A stretch of DNA of 64,000 nt from an uncultured Verrucomicrobiae bacterium (GCA_963818965.1 CAWFUG010000012.1:51383-115382); one strand, 5' to 3'; positions 18,794-29,968 are shown, numbered from the stretch's first letter. Made by a program: numbers and translations. Notes: generated by a model from the letters alone, not told the origin.

Positions 18794-21387
18794 ATGGCCA
18801 AGACACTTCATCATCGTCGAGTCTCCTTCAAAAATGAAGACCCTAAAAAAATTTTTGGGGCCCAATTATATTTTTGAATCTTCGATCGGGCATATCCGAG
18901 ACCTGCCTCAAAAGGGTTTTGGGATCGATGTCGAAAACGATTTTGAACCCACCTATGCCATCCTGCCCGACAAGAAAGACGTGATCGCTAAACTAAAAAA
19001 AGCGGCTAGCCAAGTCGATATGGTCTACCTTTCCCCTGACCCCGACCGCGAAGGAGAAGCCATCGCGTGGCACATCGCCTCAATCCTCCCTAGTGGAACG
19101 AAATACCAACGGGTCACTTTCAATGCCTTCACTAAAGAGTCGGTATTAGAAGCTTTAAAACATCCGCGCGAGATCGATCAGTCCCTCGTCGACGCACAAC
19201 AGGCGCGCCGTCTTCTAGACAGGATCGTAGGCTACAAAATCTCCCCGATTCTAACCCGCAGAGTACAAGGGGCGCGCGATGGGGGCCTTTCCGCTGGAAG
19301 GGTGCAATCGGTCGCTCTTAAACTCGTCGTCGATCGAGAAAAAGAGATCGAAGCCTTCGTCCCTGTCGAATACTGGAATATCCAAGCCTCTCTTCAAGGG
19401 AAGAAAAATCAGAATTCCTTTTTCGCGTTTCTCCATTCTGTAAATGGGAAAAAGGTGGAAAAGGAAGCTATTCCTGGAAAAGAGTGCTTTCTCATTTCCG
19501 ACGAGAAGACGGCACGAGAGGTCGTCGAAAAATTACAAAATTCTAGCTATACCGTCCAATCGGTTGAAAAAAAGGAAAAGAAACGCAACCCCGTTGCCCC
19601 CTTTATCACTTCGACGCTCCAGCAAGAAGCGAGCCGCCACTATGGATTTTCCGCATCCCGTACGATGAATATCGCTCAAGGGCTCTACGAAGGGATCGAT
19701 TTGGGCAACGTGGGAACAGAGGGTTTGATCACCTATATGCGTACCGATTCTGTCCGGATCGCGCCTGAAGTGCTTCCGCTCGCTCGTGCCTACATCCAAA
19801 AAACTTATGGAAAAGAGTTCCTCCCCGCCGAAGGAAAGCAGTATCTTCGAAAAAGAGCGCTCAAGATGCGCACGAAGCGATCCGGCCAACAAACTTGGAA
19901 CACTCCCCTGAAAAAATCAAAGAATACCTCACCGTCGATCAGTTCAAACTCTACCAATTGATCTGGAGGCGTTTTTTAGCCTCGCAGATGAATCCTGCGA
20001 TTTACGACACAGTCTCTTGTGACATCAGACAAATCAAGACATGATGCTCCGAGCGACGGGATCTGTCATCAAGTTCTCTGGGTTTTTAGCTGTCTACGAA
20101 GAAAAAGAAGATAGGACGGAAGGAGAAGAAAAGGAGGGACAAGATAAGATTTTACCTCCTCTAGACGAAGGGCAATTGCTCCAACTGCTCGAGGTCCAAT
20201 CGGATCAGGCCTTTACGCGTCCCCCTCCCCGTTTTACAGAAGCTTCGCTGGTAAAAGAGCTAGAAAAATCGGGAATCGGGCGCCCGTCGACCTACGCGTC
20301 GATCATGGGTAAGATCCAGAGCCGTGACTACACGACAAAGGAAAAAGGGACACTCAAACCCACAGAGTTAGGATGCGTCATCGCGCGGATGCTCGAAGAT
20401 AGCTTCCCGATGATCATGGATGTCGGATTTACAGCAGCGATGGAAGATGAGCTCGAGTTCGTGGCTGAGCATCAAAGAGAGTGGAAGGAAATCATCCGCG
20501 ACTTTTGGAAAAAATTCATCCCCTTCGTCGAAACGGCGGAAAAGGATGCGTTCGTCCCAAAGTCGAAACAGATATCACTTGTCCCGACTGCGGCCACAAA
20601 TTGCAAAAAATCTGGTCTCGTAGGAAATATTTCTACGGCTGCTCCAACTTATCCAGAATGTAAATTCACAGCTCCTATAGAAGCGCTCGATTTCAAAAAA
20701 GAAGATTACGATCCCAATTTCGATTGGGATCAGCACTGTCCCAAATGCGGCAGCGCCATGAAAGTGCGGTACGGACGATTTGGCGCGTTTTTAGGGTGCA
20801 CGAACTACCCTGAATGTCGCGGGATCGTCAATATCCCCAAAAAAGATGACATCCCCGCAAAAGAGATGCCGACTTGCCCCGCATTGGGTTGTGATGGGAA
20901 GATGGCCCAGAGGCGTTCGCGCTTTGGAAAACCCTTCTTCTCCTGTTCGAATATCCCGATTGCGACGTCATCGTCAATAACCTCGAAGACCTAGAAGAGA
21001 AGTACCAAGACCACCCTAAAACACCCTATGTCGCTAAACCTAAAAAAGGGGGAAAGAAAGGCGCCGCTACAAAAGCAGAAAAGGGAAAAACAAAAGCTAA
21101 AACAAAGCTAAAGCGGGCACCAAAGCTAAAGCAAAACCCAAAACTGCTGCAAAAAAACAAGCAGGGTAAAACTCTCTCCCGAACTACAAAAAATCGTCGG
21201 AGAAGCAGAGCTTTCACGCCCTGAAGTGGTAAAAAAAGTCTGGGACTACATCAAAGAACATAAGTGCCAAGACCCAAAAAAGAAGCGGATGATCGTGCCC
21301 GATGAAAACCTAGCCAAAGTCTTCGGCTCCAAAACACCGATCGATATGCTTCAACTCGCCGGCATCTTGAGCAAACATCTCGGGTAA
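18794..21387 (+). CDS. topA: DNA topoisomerase I with zinc ribbons and C-terminal SWIB-like domain; several single-base frameshifts
   Basis: IIVESP, DPDREGE, SAGRVQS, ITYMRTDS, GIGRPSTY; C-terminal VVKKVWDYIKEH; split over several frames. Confidence 0.92.
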
Positions 21388-21412
21388 AAATGAGGGGATA
21401 GTGCGTTGTGAA

Positions 21413-23155
21413 TTATTTTTTTGGCAAGGATTTTGACAAATCTAAGGCCAATCGGGCATAAAAGGCACCTACATAACTCGGCAATAAAGCGATCGATTCT
21501 TGGATAGAACGTTCGAATCGCTCATCCAGTAACCAATTGAATTCGATAGGCATTGCAGGCTGTAGAACAAACTGCGTAGTTACATCGGCGTCAAGCAGTT
21601 CCACATGAGCAACCAACAGCGCACAAGGGGGAAGGGTTGTCAGAGGCCCATAGCCTAGAGAGGGGTGAATAAATAGCATCCGTTTTTCCCCAATGCACAT
21701 TCCTTGTAATCCCTGTTGGAAACCCTGAATTGTCTCTGACAAATGGATCCACGTATCATTATTCGCAAACAGGATATTTCCAGAAATGTCTTCAATGACA
21801 TACTTGAGACGCACGTGATTCACACCTTCTATACTTTTGCCAGAACCTTCTTGCACTATTTTGGCATAGAGATGATCGGGAACTACAACCCAAACTGTTT
21901 GGTCTTTAGACAGGTTCATGCATTCATTTTGGGCAGCTAAAAAATTGTCTTTAGCTTTTTGCAGGCCCCGAAGCATTTCCCGCGAGGCGCTCATCATGGG
22001 TGGGGGGGACGGTAAAGAAGAAGATGCAATGAGTGCTTGTCTAAACATTTTTTCGTCTTGTGCGTCTGTAAAACGACGCGCTACTCCTTCTAAAATGTAC
22101 GACCATGTCGCCTCTGTATTTTCTATGAAAGACCATACCGATTTTTGTACGGGGGACCGATTGCAGGTGATGCGGGGTTTCTTACCCCCGATGATCTCTA
22201 GAACTTTTTCTAGCAGATGATTCTCTCTGAGCAATGCTTTGGTTTGCTTTTGCGCTTTTTGTAGAGAATGAAAGAGCACATGATTAGGATCTCCCCCCTT
22301 AAACGCATTAAAAATAAAACGAGGTTGCTCCGTGTACAGGGATTCGGGGAGCTGTTCTGATTTTGACTTTAGGGTAGAAATTTCATCTTGGATTGCATCG
22401 AACCCAAAACCCGGACGCAGAGAACTCGCTTTCCTTCTAAATAAAGAATCGTTCCCTCCTGCATGTTCCAAATAATATGTTCCATACATCCACCAACTAT
22501 CTTCTCCTTGCAAAAGCGTACTTTTGGGCAAGAAAGGCGCATTGTCTTTAGAGATGGACAAACGATCAATCGTTTCTAAACGTCCGCCGACAATGCTATT
22601 ATGAGAGCCGAAGCCCAAAATAATTCCTATTAGAGTGAGATCATCCTGTAGCACATCCATAAACCGTTCATTAGAATAGGCCAATTTGTTAACCAGTTCG
22701 TCAACCTCAACCGCTGACCCTAAGACATATCTGAATAAGTGGATATTTTCACAAATAACCTCTCTCAATTTGGGCAGATGGATAAATTGCACTTCGAACC
22801 CGCAGACCCTATCTTCCTTTTCGATGACAGGGATGGCCTTGAGGGCAAATCGATCTTGCTGCGAACACAACTTGTTCCATATTTGAATAGCTTCACGCAC
22901 CAAAACCGTTTTCTTAAACTCATTCTCTGAAACTTCCAAATCTCTCATAGGAAATACATCCAGAGGATAAAACTGTCTTATCGATAATGGTTTTACTCCA
23001 TTCAAAACATAGCCATATTCTTCTTCGAGGATGGTCATCTTAAAGAACAAGTCCAACACTTCGTAATCCCTGCGTTCTTGCACATGGATACATACAGGGT
23101 TAGCAAACAGCCCATACCCGTTCACAAGACAAAAAACTGCCAAAATCCAACGCAT
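21413..23155 (-). CDS. Exported protein with C-terminal FKBP-type PPIase domain
   Basis: IQGFQQGLQGMCIGEKRMLFIHPSLGYG FKBP signature; signal-like N-terminus. Confidence 0.75.
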   Translation of the reverse strand: MRWILAVFCLVNGYGLFANPVCIHVQERRDYEVLDLFFKMTILEEEYGYVLNGVKPLSIRQFYPLDVFPMRDLEVSENEFKKTVLVREAIQIWNKLCSQQDRFALKAIPVIEKEDRVCGFEVQFIHLPKLREVICENIHLFRYVLGSAVEVDELVNKLAYSNERFMDVLQDDLTLIGIILGFGSHNSIVGGRLETIDRLSISKDNAPFLPKSTLLQGEDSWWMYGTYYLEHAGGNDSLFRRKASSLRPGFGFDAIQDEISTLKSKSEQLPESLYTEQPRFIFNAFKGGDPNHVLFHSLQKAQKQTKALLRENHLLEKVLEIIGGKKPRITCNRSPVQKSVWSFIENTEATWSYILEGVARRFTDAQDEKMFRQALIASSSLPSPPPMMSASREMLRGLQKAKDNFLAAQNECMNLSKDQTVWVVVPDHLYAKIVQEGSGKSIEGVNHVRLKYVIEDISGNILFANNDTWIHLSETIQGFQQGLQGMCIGEKRMLFIHPSLGYGPLTTLPPCALLVAHVELLDADVTTQFVLQPAMPIEFNWLLDERFERSIQESIALLPSYVGAFYARLALDLSKSLPKK

Positions 23156-23502
23156 TATTTTAGATTCCATAACTTACAATGACGTACATAGTAAATGCAT
23201 CCCTGTCTATGACATAATTGACATCCACCGCAAAGATTATGACCCATTTGACAATACCCAGCAGACGCCACTTGAACTCTCCACTGATTTCCACTCCTTT
23301 GCAAGGCCTGCACAGGGAATGAATGGTCATCAATCACAACCATCATTTCATCATTTTCAAAATATAAATCTTGAGTGGAGACAACGAAGCTCGTCTCATG
23401 AGTATGAAGTTCTACTTCTTCTGAAGCCGCGCATTGCTCCATATGACCTAAGCCAAACAAACTGACAAACCCTAAACAAGCCACATAAATCAACTCTCTC
23501 AT
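23155..23502 (-). CDS. Small exported Cys/His-rich protein
   Basis: Signal peptide; CQMGHNLCGGCQLCHRQGC tail; GGAGG RBS; stop/start overlap with the FKBP gene. Confidence 0.75.
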   Translation of the reverse strand: MRELIYVACLGFVSLFGLGHMEQCAASEEVELHTHETSFVVSTQDLYFENDEMMVVIDDHSFPVQALQRSGNQWRVQVASAGYCQMGHNLCGGCQLCHRQGCIYYVRHCKLWNLK

Positions 23503-23530
23503 CTTAGACCTCCAAGGTACGAAGTTATTG

Positions 23531-23544
23531 TATACCCAACTTTT
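23531..23544. repeat. Terminal remnant of a type D element
   Basis: TATACCCAACTTTT is the reverse complement of 57580..57593. Confidence 0.45.
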
Positions 23545-23545
23545 C

Positions 23546-24868
23546 TTAGACAGCCGTTATAGCAACTGTTTTCTTTTTTGCAAAGTTTCTCCCCGAAGCC
23601 AATACATACCCGACGCCGAGGGCCATATGCAGCCAGACGTAGTTGCGGAAGAGGCCTTGATTGAATTGCAGGCAGAAGAGCATGACGAGTAAAGAGAGGA
23701 ACAGGGCAAAAATTTCGATCCTCTGTTCCAAGGGGATCTCCCGGGTGAGTGCATTGCGAAAGAGGGAATAGATCGCATAGAGAAAGGCACCCCAGGCACA
23801 AAATCCCAAAAGACCGAGGCTTCCCAGAAGTTCAAAGAGAACATTTTTCGGATCGAGCAGGGTAAACTGCTCGATAGCGGGATTGTCCAATACCGCTTTT
23901 TCAAAGAGATACAGGTTTTGCAAGTAGACGAGGGGACCGACACCTCCTAACCCCACGCCGAAAAGAGGGTGGGCGCAAAAGATGTGCCACGCATTTACAA
24001 TCGCCTCCCAGCGCTCTAAGAAAGATCCTTGCGCCAGTCCAATAGCGAAGAACTTGTAAAAGGTCGTTACAAAAAGCTGATAGAAACAGAGAGCAAACCC
24101 AGCGAACAATCCAAAAAAGATCCATCCCATCCGCACTGTCTTCTGAACTAATCCAGCAATAAAGGGGCGCATCCACGCACCACGCGCGAGAAAAGGGAAT
24201 GCGATGAGAAAAAACACATACCCAAAAAGGGCGCCTGTAGACGTCGATGCGATGAGTAAAAAATTGACTAGAAGGAGGGGCACGAGCGTTTTTAAGCGAA
24301 AAAAAGAGCCTTCTTGCAACACTTTTTTCGTGTTGTAATACATGACAGGGGCGATCGCATACAGCGCATAATAGGAAGGTTCATAAGAGAGCCCCTGCCC
24401 GCGAGCGATGAAACCGAGCACTCTCTGGCGCACCAGAGGATCTTCAAAACCAAAAAAAGAAAAGACAAATTGCAATGCTGCATAAGAGCCGATGCATAAA
24501 AAACTGCCGAAATAGAGTTTTAAAATTTTTTGCCGATCGAAGAAAAACATCCATTGTATAGGCAATAAGAAGAAGAGTAGTACGGTAACACCGTTTGCTA
24601 CGACGTATCCCAAAGAACGGGAGAAGCATGGGCTGAAGAAGGAAGAGATCAGTTGGGAGAAGAAAAGAAAGAAAAGAGGGTAGATCACTCGTTTTGGAAA
24701 AAAACAGCACTGGCTCGAAAAAAAGGTGAGGGGGAGTAGGAGCAACGCGAGGATATGATTGAGCTTCGGCTTAAAGAGATAGACCTCTACAAAGAGCAAT
24801 TCTGCAGAGACCGTGAGGAAATAAAGAAAAATCAGTCCATAAAAAAATATGTTGGGGCCTGTCGTCAA
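23546..24868 (-). CDS. O-antigen ligase/polymerase-like membrane protein
   Basis: Many TM segments, EPSYYA and HPLFGVGLGG; start uncertain (TTG at 24868 lies inside a repeat arm). Confidence 0.75.
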   Translation of the reverse strand: MTTGPNIFFYGLIFLYFLTVSAELLFVEVYLFKPKLNHILALLLLPLTFFSSQCCFFPKRVIYPLFFLFFSQLISSFFSPCFSRSLGYVVANGVTVLLFFLLPIQWMFFFDRQKILKLYFGSFLCIGSYAALQFVFSFFGFEDPLVRQRVLGFIARGQGLSYEPSYYALYAIAPVMYYNTKKVLQEGSFFRLKTLVPLLLVNFLLIASTSTGALFGYVFFLIAFPFLARGAWMRPFIAGLVQKTVRMGWIFFGLFAGFALCFYQLFVTTFYKFFAIGLAQGSFLERWEAIVNAWHIFCAHPLFGVGLGGVGPLVYLQNLYLFEKAVLDNPAIEQFTLLDPKNVLFELLGSLGLLGFCAWGAFLYAIYSLFRNALTREIPLEQRIEIFALFLSLLVMLFCLQFNQGLFRNYVWLHMALGVGYVLASGRNFAKKKTVAITAV

Positions 24869-25168
24869 GTTATACCCCGTGTGCTTAGGAATGGTGCATT
24901 TGAGCGCGTCAAAGCCCCGGGGTTCGACGATCGGAAATGGGGGTTGTATTTCATCAGTACTACCCCCATTTCCGATCGTCGAATCCCGGGAGCTTTCACG
25001 CGGCTCAAATACACCATTCCTAAGCACACGGGGTATAAACTTCTGTCGATTTTCGGGTTCTTTTGGAGGGGTAATATACGCATGTTGATATTACCCCTCC
25101 CAAAAGAATCGAAAATTGGCCAAAATAATCCCGAAAATCGACCAAGCTCAATTTGATGGCAGGCCCTA
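24853..25168. repeat. Second palindrome type (GGGCCTG termini) interrupted by the 167-bp element
   Basis: Left arm GGGCCTGTCGTCAAGTTA|AACTTCTGTCGATTTTCGGG pairs with right arm CCCGAAAATCGACCAAGCTCAATTTGATGGCAGGCCC; inner hairpin GGAGGGGTAATAT...ATATTACCCCTCC. Confidence 0.75.
24871..25037. repeat. Full-length 167-bp palindromic element (arm type B)
   Basis: TATACCCCGTGTGCTTAGGAATGGTG...CACCATTCCTAAGCACACGGGGTATA. Confidence 0.92.
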
Positions 25169-26554
25169 AATCCTTTCATAGATGTCACTTAAGCGTACGA
25201 TGTCATCCTCGCCGACATACTCTCCGACTTGCACCTCGATGAGCTCTAAGGGGACTTTACCTGGGTTTTCCAATCGGTGGACTTGCGATTTCGAGATATA
25301 GATCCCTTCATTTTCGTGGATCAATTGCTCTTCTTCTCCAATTGTGACTTTCGCTGTGCCTTTGACCACAACCCAGTGCTCGCTGCGGTGGTAGTGCATC
25401 TGCAAACTGAGGCGCTGTTGAGGGAGCACGACGATCCGTTTGATCTTATAGCGCTCCCCTTCTTCGAGAACGGTGAAGCTTCCCCAAGGGCGGTGGCTCG
25501 TCACATGTTCTGAGGACTCTTTTGCATTTTTCTCTTTGAGCGCATCGACGAGTTGTTTGACTCTCTGCGACTCCCCTTTTTTGCCGATAAAAAGCGCATC
25601 ATCTGTCTCGATGATCAAGAGATCTTCGAGGCCGATCGTCGCGATCAATCGCTTTCCGCCTAAAATCAGACACTGTTTCGTGTCGATGTCTAGGATATTT
25701 CCTCTTTTCACATTGAGATTCTCATCTTTTTCCAAAGCATCGTAGACACTGTCCCAAGAGCCGATATCTGACCAATTGATTTCGAGGGGGATGACGAATG
25801 CACGTGCCGTTTTCTCCAAAAGGGCGTAGTCGATCGAGATGTCTGGCATCTCTCCGAAGTGGGAGAGCATCTCTTGAAAAGAGTTGGAATAGTGCTTCAT
25901 GATCTCAGGACAAAATTGTTCCATCTCTTTTAAAAAAGAAGAGATCTGAAAGAAAAAGATCCCTGAATTCCAGAGATAAGAGCCGCTCTCGACGTATTCT
26001 TTTGCACGAGCATAATCGGGTTTTTCGACAAAAGCTTCGACCTTTGCGGGGGTGTTTATTTGTGGATTTTCTACCTTGATGTAGCCGTAACCTGTCTCCG
26101 GTTTTTGGGGACGGATGCCGAAGACCATGTGATGGCCCAATCGCGCGTTTTCTTCTGCTTCTTTGAGTGTTTGTAAAAAGAGGTCTTCTGGGAAAATGAG
26201 GTGGTCAGAAGAGGAGACGAGAAAACACTCAGAGGGGTCGACCCCACACTTTTCTTCGAGGTATTTGACTCCTAAACAGATCGCAGGTGCTGTGTTTTTG
26301 CGATCGGGCTCGATGAGGATCTGCTTTTCTAGAGTGGGATCGAGAAGACTCACCTGGGATTTAACGAGGTGAAAATAATTTTGGTTAGTGATGATGAGGA
26401 GATCGGACGGGGGAACTAAAAGCAGATAGCGCTGGATCGTCTTTTGCAAAAGGGAGTACTTCTCGCCAAAATGCAAAAACTGCTTAGGAAAGGATTGACG
26501 CGAAATCGGCCACAAGCGCGTTCCGCTGCCGCCGGCAAGAATGATGATTTTCAT
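25166..26554 (-). CDS. manC: Mannose-1-phosphate guanylyltransferase/mannose-6-phosphate isomerase
   Basis: LAGGSGTRLWPISR, PETGYGYI, RPWG cupin domain. Confidence 0.95.
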   Translation of the reverse strand: MKIIILAGGSGTRLWPISRQSFPKQFLHFGEKYSLLQKTIQRYLLLVPPSDLLIITNQNYFHLVKSQVSLLDPTLEKQILIEPDRKNTAPAICLGVKYLEEKCGVDPSECFLVSSSDHLIFPEDLFLQTLKEAEENARLGHHMVFGIRPQKPETGYGYIKVENPQINTPAKVEAFVEKPDYARAKEYVESGSYLWNSGIFFFQISSFLKEMEQFCPEIMKHYSNSFQEMLSHFGEMPDISIDYALLEKTARAFVIPLEINWSDIGSWDSVYDALEKDENLNVKRGNILDIDTKQCLILGGKRLIATIGLEDLLIIETDDALFIGKKGESQRVKQLVDALKEKNAKESSEHVTSHRPWGSFTVLEEGERYKIKRIVVLPQQRLSLQMHYHRSEHWVVVKGTAKVTIGEEEQLIHENEGIYISKSQVHRLENPGKVPLELIEVQVGEYVGEDDIVRLSDIYERI

Positions 26555-27641
26555 GATGTTCCTCCCATTTTCTTTCGACTAGTGCTTTCCATTCTAATTG
26601 AAATCTCTTTCGATTAAAGTAGGCAGCGTGTCTTTGCAACACTTTTGGATCGAACTCTTTTTTCTCGAACGCTCGGATCGCATCGATTAAAGAAGCCAGA
26701 CTCTGCTCTTTAAAGAAAATGCCTGTCTTTCCTTCGACGACCGTTTCCAAGGCACCCCCCTTTCCAAAAGCAATGACAGGAGTTCCCGCTGCCTGCGCCT
26801 CGAGGACGACGATCCCAAAATCTTCTTCCGCCGCAAAAATAAATCCCTTGGCGCGCGCTAAATAATCATGAACCACCGCATCGCTCTGGCGTCCTAAGAG
26901 CTCCACATTCATACCTGCCTTTGCCCGGATCTTCTTCATCTCAGGCCCATCCCCGATCACGACGAGGCGTTTATCAGGAAGATGAGAAAATGCTTCGACG
27001 ATGAGATCGATTTTCTTATAAGGGACCATCCGAGACACTGTGAGATAGAAAGAATCTTTTTTCTCTCGGAAAGGGATCAGGTGCGTGTCGACTGGAGGAT
27101 AGATGACCTCTGCTTTTCTTCCGTAATTTTTCTCGATTCGGCGTGCGATGTAATGGGAGATCGCTATAAAGGAATCGACTCGAGAGACGGAAGCGCTATC
27201 CCATAGGCGTAAATAGTGAAGAGCCATTTTAGCAGGTAACTTTTGCCATTTAGAAATACCTGCGAGATAGCTATGCGTCAAGTCCCAAGCGTAGCGCATT
27301 GGCGTGAAGCAATAGCAAAGGTGCAATTGCTCTGAATGGGTCAATGCTCCCTTAGCAACCGCATGCGATGTCGACAAGACCACATCGTATTCTCTTAAAT
27401 CGAATTGCTCAATTGCAAGGGGAAAGAAGGGAAGATAATGGCGATAGAATTGCTTGGAAAAGGGACATTTTTGCAAAAAAGAGGTGTGGATTTTTTGATT
27501 GAAAACGCAGGCGGGAGGGACAGCTTTGGGATCGTGAACGAGCGTGTAAATGGGTGCAGGGAATGACTCGACGAGCGCCGAAAGTACTCTTTCTCCCCCT
27601 CCCAAAGTGGTCAACCAATCGTAGACATGGGCCATTTTCAT
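26484..27641 (-). CDS. Glycosyltransferase family 4 (mannosyltransferase-like)
   Basis: DWLTTLGGGERV, EEDFGIVVLEAQAAG. Confidence 0.88.
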   Translation of the reverse strand: MKMAHVYDWLTTLGGGERVLSALVESFPAPIYTLVHDPKAVPPACVFNQKIHTSFLQKCPFSKQFYRHYLPFFPLAIEQFDLREYDVVLSTSHAVAKGALTHSEQLHLCYCFTPMRYAWDLTHSYLAGISKWQKLPAKMALHYLRLWDSASVSRVDSFIAISHYIARRIEKNYGRKAEVIYPPVDTHLIPFREKKDSFYLTVSRMVPYKKIDLIVEAFSHLPDKRLVVIGDGPEMKKIRAKAGMNVELLGRQSDAVVHDYLARAKGFIFAAEEDFGIVVLEAQAAGTPVIAFGKGGALETVVEGKTGIFFKEQSLASLIDAIRAFEKKEFDPKVLQRHAAYFNRKRFQLEWKALVERKWEEHHENHHSCRRQRNALVADFASILS

Positions 27642-28733
27642 TGCTGCACCAATTGTTCGATGACTCTCAGGTGCGCATCCGCGCAACGCTTCCACTCATA
27701 TTTGTGGCTCTGCTCCTCTCCCTTTATTTTTAAGGCATCTCTGAGAGGAGGACTCTGAAGGACTTTCTCAATAGCAGAGACGATCGTCTCAGGAGAATGG
27801 GGATCGATGTAAAGCACAGAGTCTCCACATACCTCTGGCAAAGCCCCCTTGCACGAGGCGATGACAGGGCAGCCCAAATGCATCGCCTCGATAGGAGGAA
27901 ATCCAAACCCCTCATAAAGAGAGGGGAAAATCAGGTGCGATCGCGCGCCGATAAGCGAGGGAGAGAAAGGAATCTGAGACATTTTCTAAGAAATGGATCT
28001 GATTTTGTAACCCGTGATCGGAAAAAAGAGCGGCGCGATCCTCCACATGCCTCAATCCCTCATTTTTTCCGATGATGACCAGATCGATCTTTTCTGAATG
28101 AGAAAGGGTTCTAAAAGCCTGTAAGAGAGCCTTTAGGTTTTTATGGGGTTTTAAACTGCCCACAAAAAGGAGAAATTTTTCAGGAAGCGCAGGAAAGCTA
28201 TGCTGCATCGCGCTCTTTTCTCGAAATCCCCGATGATTTCCCCCTGAATAGATCACTTCGATTTTCCCCTCTTTCACAGCGACGTATTTCTCCAACTCAT
28301 TTTTAGAAAAATGGGAGACGGTGACGATTTTATCTGCATAACGGACAGCAGAGCGCATCATCTGACGAGCATACCATTTTTCCATGGGCGTGAGCAAATG
28401 ATAAAAGGCCAAATGGTAGACATCGTGAATCGTCGTCATCCGCTTGCGCGCCCGAATGCGGCCGAGAGGAATATTGTAATGAGTCGACCAAAAGAGATCG
28501 CAAGGAGGAATGTTTCGCGGAAGAACCCACTGCTCTTTTAAAGAATAGATCGGCGCATCGATCACGATCGGTTCAATCCCATCCCAATCCCTTTTCTGAC
28601 TCAAGAGATGGTTTCTATGGACCAAAGCGAAGATTTTTAGGCTAGCTTGTTTTAAATAGTAGAGGAGATTGTCGATATAGGTCCCAATCCCTCCACAACC
28701 CAATAAGCGCGCATCGATACAGATCGTCTTCAT
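27638..28733 (-). CDS. Glycosyltransferase family 4, split by a frameshift near 27950
   Basis: GGIGTY and KPHKN in one frame; PSLYEGFGFPPIEAM in another. Confidence 0.8.
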
Positions 28734-29968
28734 TTTGAGTATACGACTAATTCATCAAAAACCTGAAGATACCTCTCGGCCGCCATATCCCACGTGTAAC
28801 GACACATCGCTTTTCGCGAATGGATTGCATTTTCGCGCATCAGCTCTGGATTGTCGAGAAGGTAAGCGATCTTATCCGCCATGTCGTAAATAGTGTGTGG
28901 ATCAAAGACCGCTGCTTTGACATCGTGAAAGCGCAGGTGCTCTAGAAAAGGAGCGAGATTCGACATCGCGACGGGAACTCCCCGAATCCACGCGTCAAAT
29001 CCCGGGCAATTGCCCCCTTCGTAAAGGGAAGGATTAACGACCATCCTAGCTCCCTGAATCAACGCTTCGATCTCTGTATGTGTCACATAACCGAGCCCAA
29101 AGACATCCTGAGGAACAGATCCCCTCTCCATTCCTTCGACACAGGCTTTTCCATTATAGCTCTCTGTCCCAGAACCGACGAAAACAAGTGATGGAGCATA
29201 GCCTCTTTTTTTTAACTCTGCAAAAGCAGACATCAACATCCCTGAATTTTTATGGACCGAATGGTTCGTCGGCACGAGGAGATACTCTTTGGAGAGGTTG
29301 AATTTTTTCAGGACAGCTCGCACTGTCTCTTCAGAAAGAGGCTCTGGACTCGCTGGGGCTGCCACTTCGATGATGCGCGCTTTGTCCTTTGCTTCGGGGT
29401 AAAATTTCTCTAATTCAGAGCGCATGTATTCGGTCAAGACGATCGGCGTCATCTTCTCGAGAAGAATCGGCGTCTCTCGCATTAAAAATTCATAAACCCA
29501 AGGGGCCAGCGGACCTGCTCCAAAAAAGTAACGGAAATTAAAATCGTGAAAAATCCCCACCATGGGACACTCTAAATGAGGACACTTGAGGTGGAAAGGC
29601 CAAGTGAAAAGAGCGAGGTCATATCCCTTGATTTTCTCCTCTAACTCCTTGTGCAACTGCCCAGAAAAGCCATAGGAAAAGTGGGAAACCCACCTTTCAA
29701 ACTTCCTCTGTAAAAGCGAGATAATATGCCGACTTCCCCGAATTTTGAAGATGTCTTTTCCCGCTAAAGCCATCGAAGAGAGCGTCTTCAACTCAATCCC
29801 TGCACTTTCAGCGAGCCCTTCAAGCCCTTCTCGCTCAATGCCATGTTTTGCTCCGTAAAAAGTGATCTCTAAATCAGGTCTCACTCTTTTTAAAGCAGCG
29901 AGAAGAGAGCGCACGACGCGCGCACCACCGCCAGGGTTGATGATATGATCGATGACTGCAATTTTCAT
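28730..29968 (-). CDS. Glycosyltransferase family 4
   Basis: HKN and NPSLYEGG motifs. Confidence 0.82.
   Translation of the reverse strand: MKIAVIDHIINPGGGARVVRSLLAALKRVRPDLEITFYGAKHGIEREGLEGLAESAGIELKTLSSMALAGKDIFKIRGSRHIISLLQRKFERWVSHFSYGFSGQLHKELEEKIKGYDLALFTWPFHLKCPHLECPMVGIFHDFNFRYFFGAGPLAPWVYEFLMRETPILLEKMTPIVLTEYMRSELEKFYPEAKDKARIIEVAAPASPEPLSEETVRAVLKKFNLSKEYLLVPTNHSVHKNSGMLMSAFAELKKRGYAPSLVFVGSGTESYNGKACVEGMERGSVPQDVFGLGYVTHTEIEALIQGARMVVNPSLYEGGNCPGFDAWIRGVPVAMSNLAPFLEHLRFHDVKAAVFDPHTIYDMADKIAYLLDNPELMRENAIHSRKAMCRYTWDMAAERYLQVFDELVVYSK

Noticed and set aside
18794..21387. topA, and likewise uvrB, a GT4, the ligase, the phosphoesterase, the APH-like gene and acyP, as pseudogenes or programmed frameshifts
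   Set aside because: Scattered single-base indels with otherwise intact motifs, including in a normally essential gene, are best explained by read or assembly error; needs read-level confirmation
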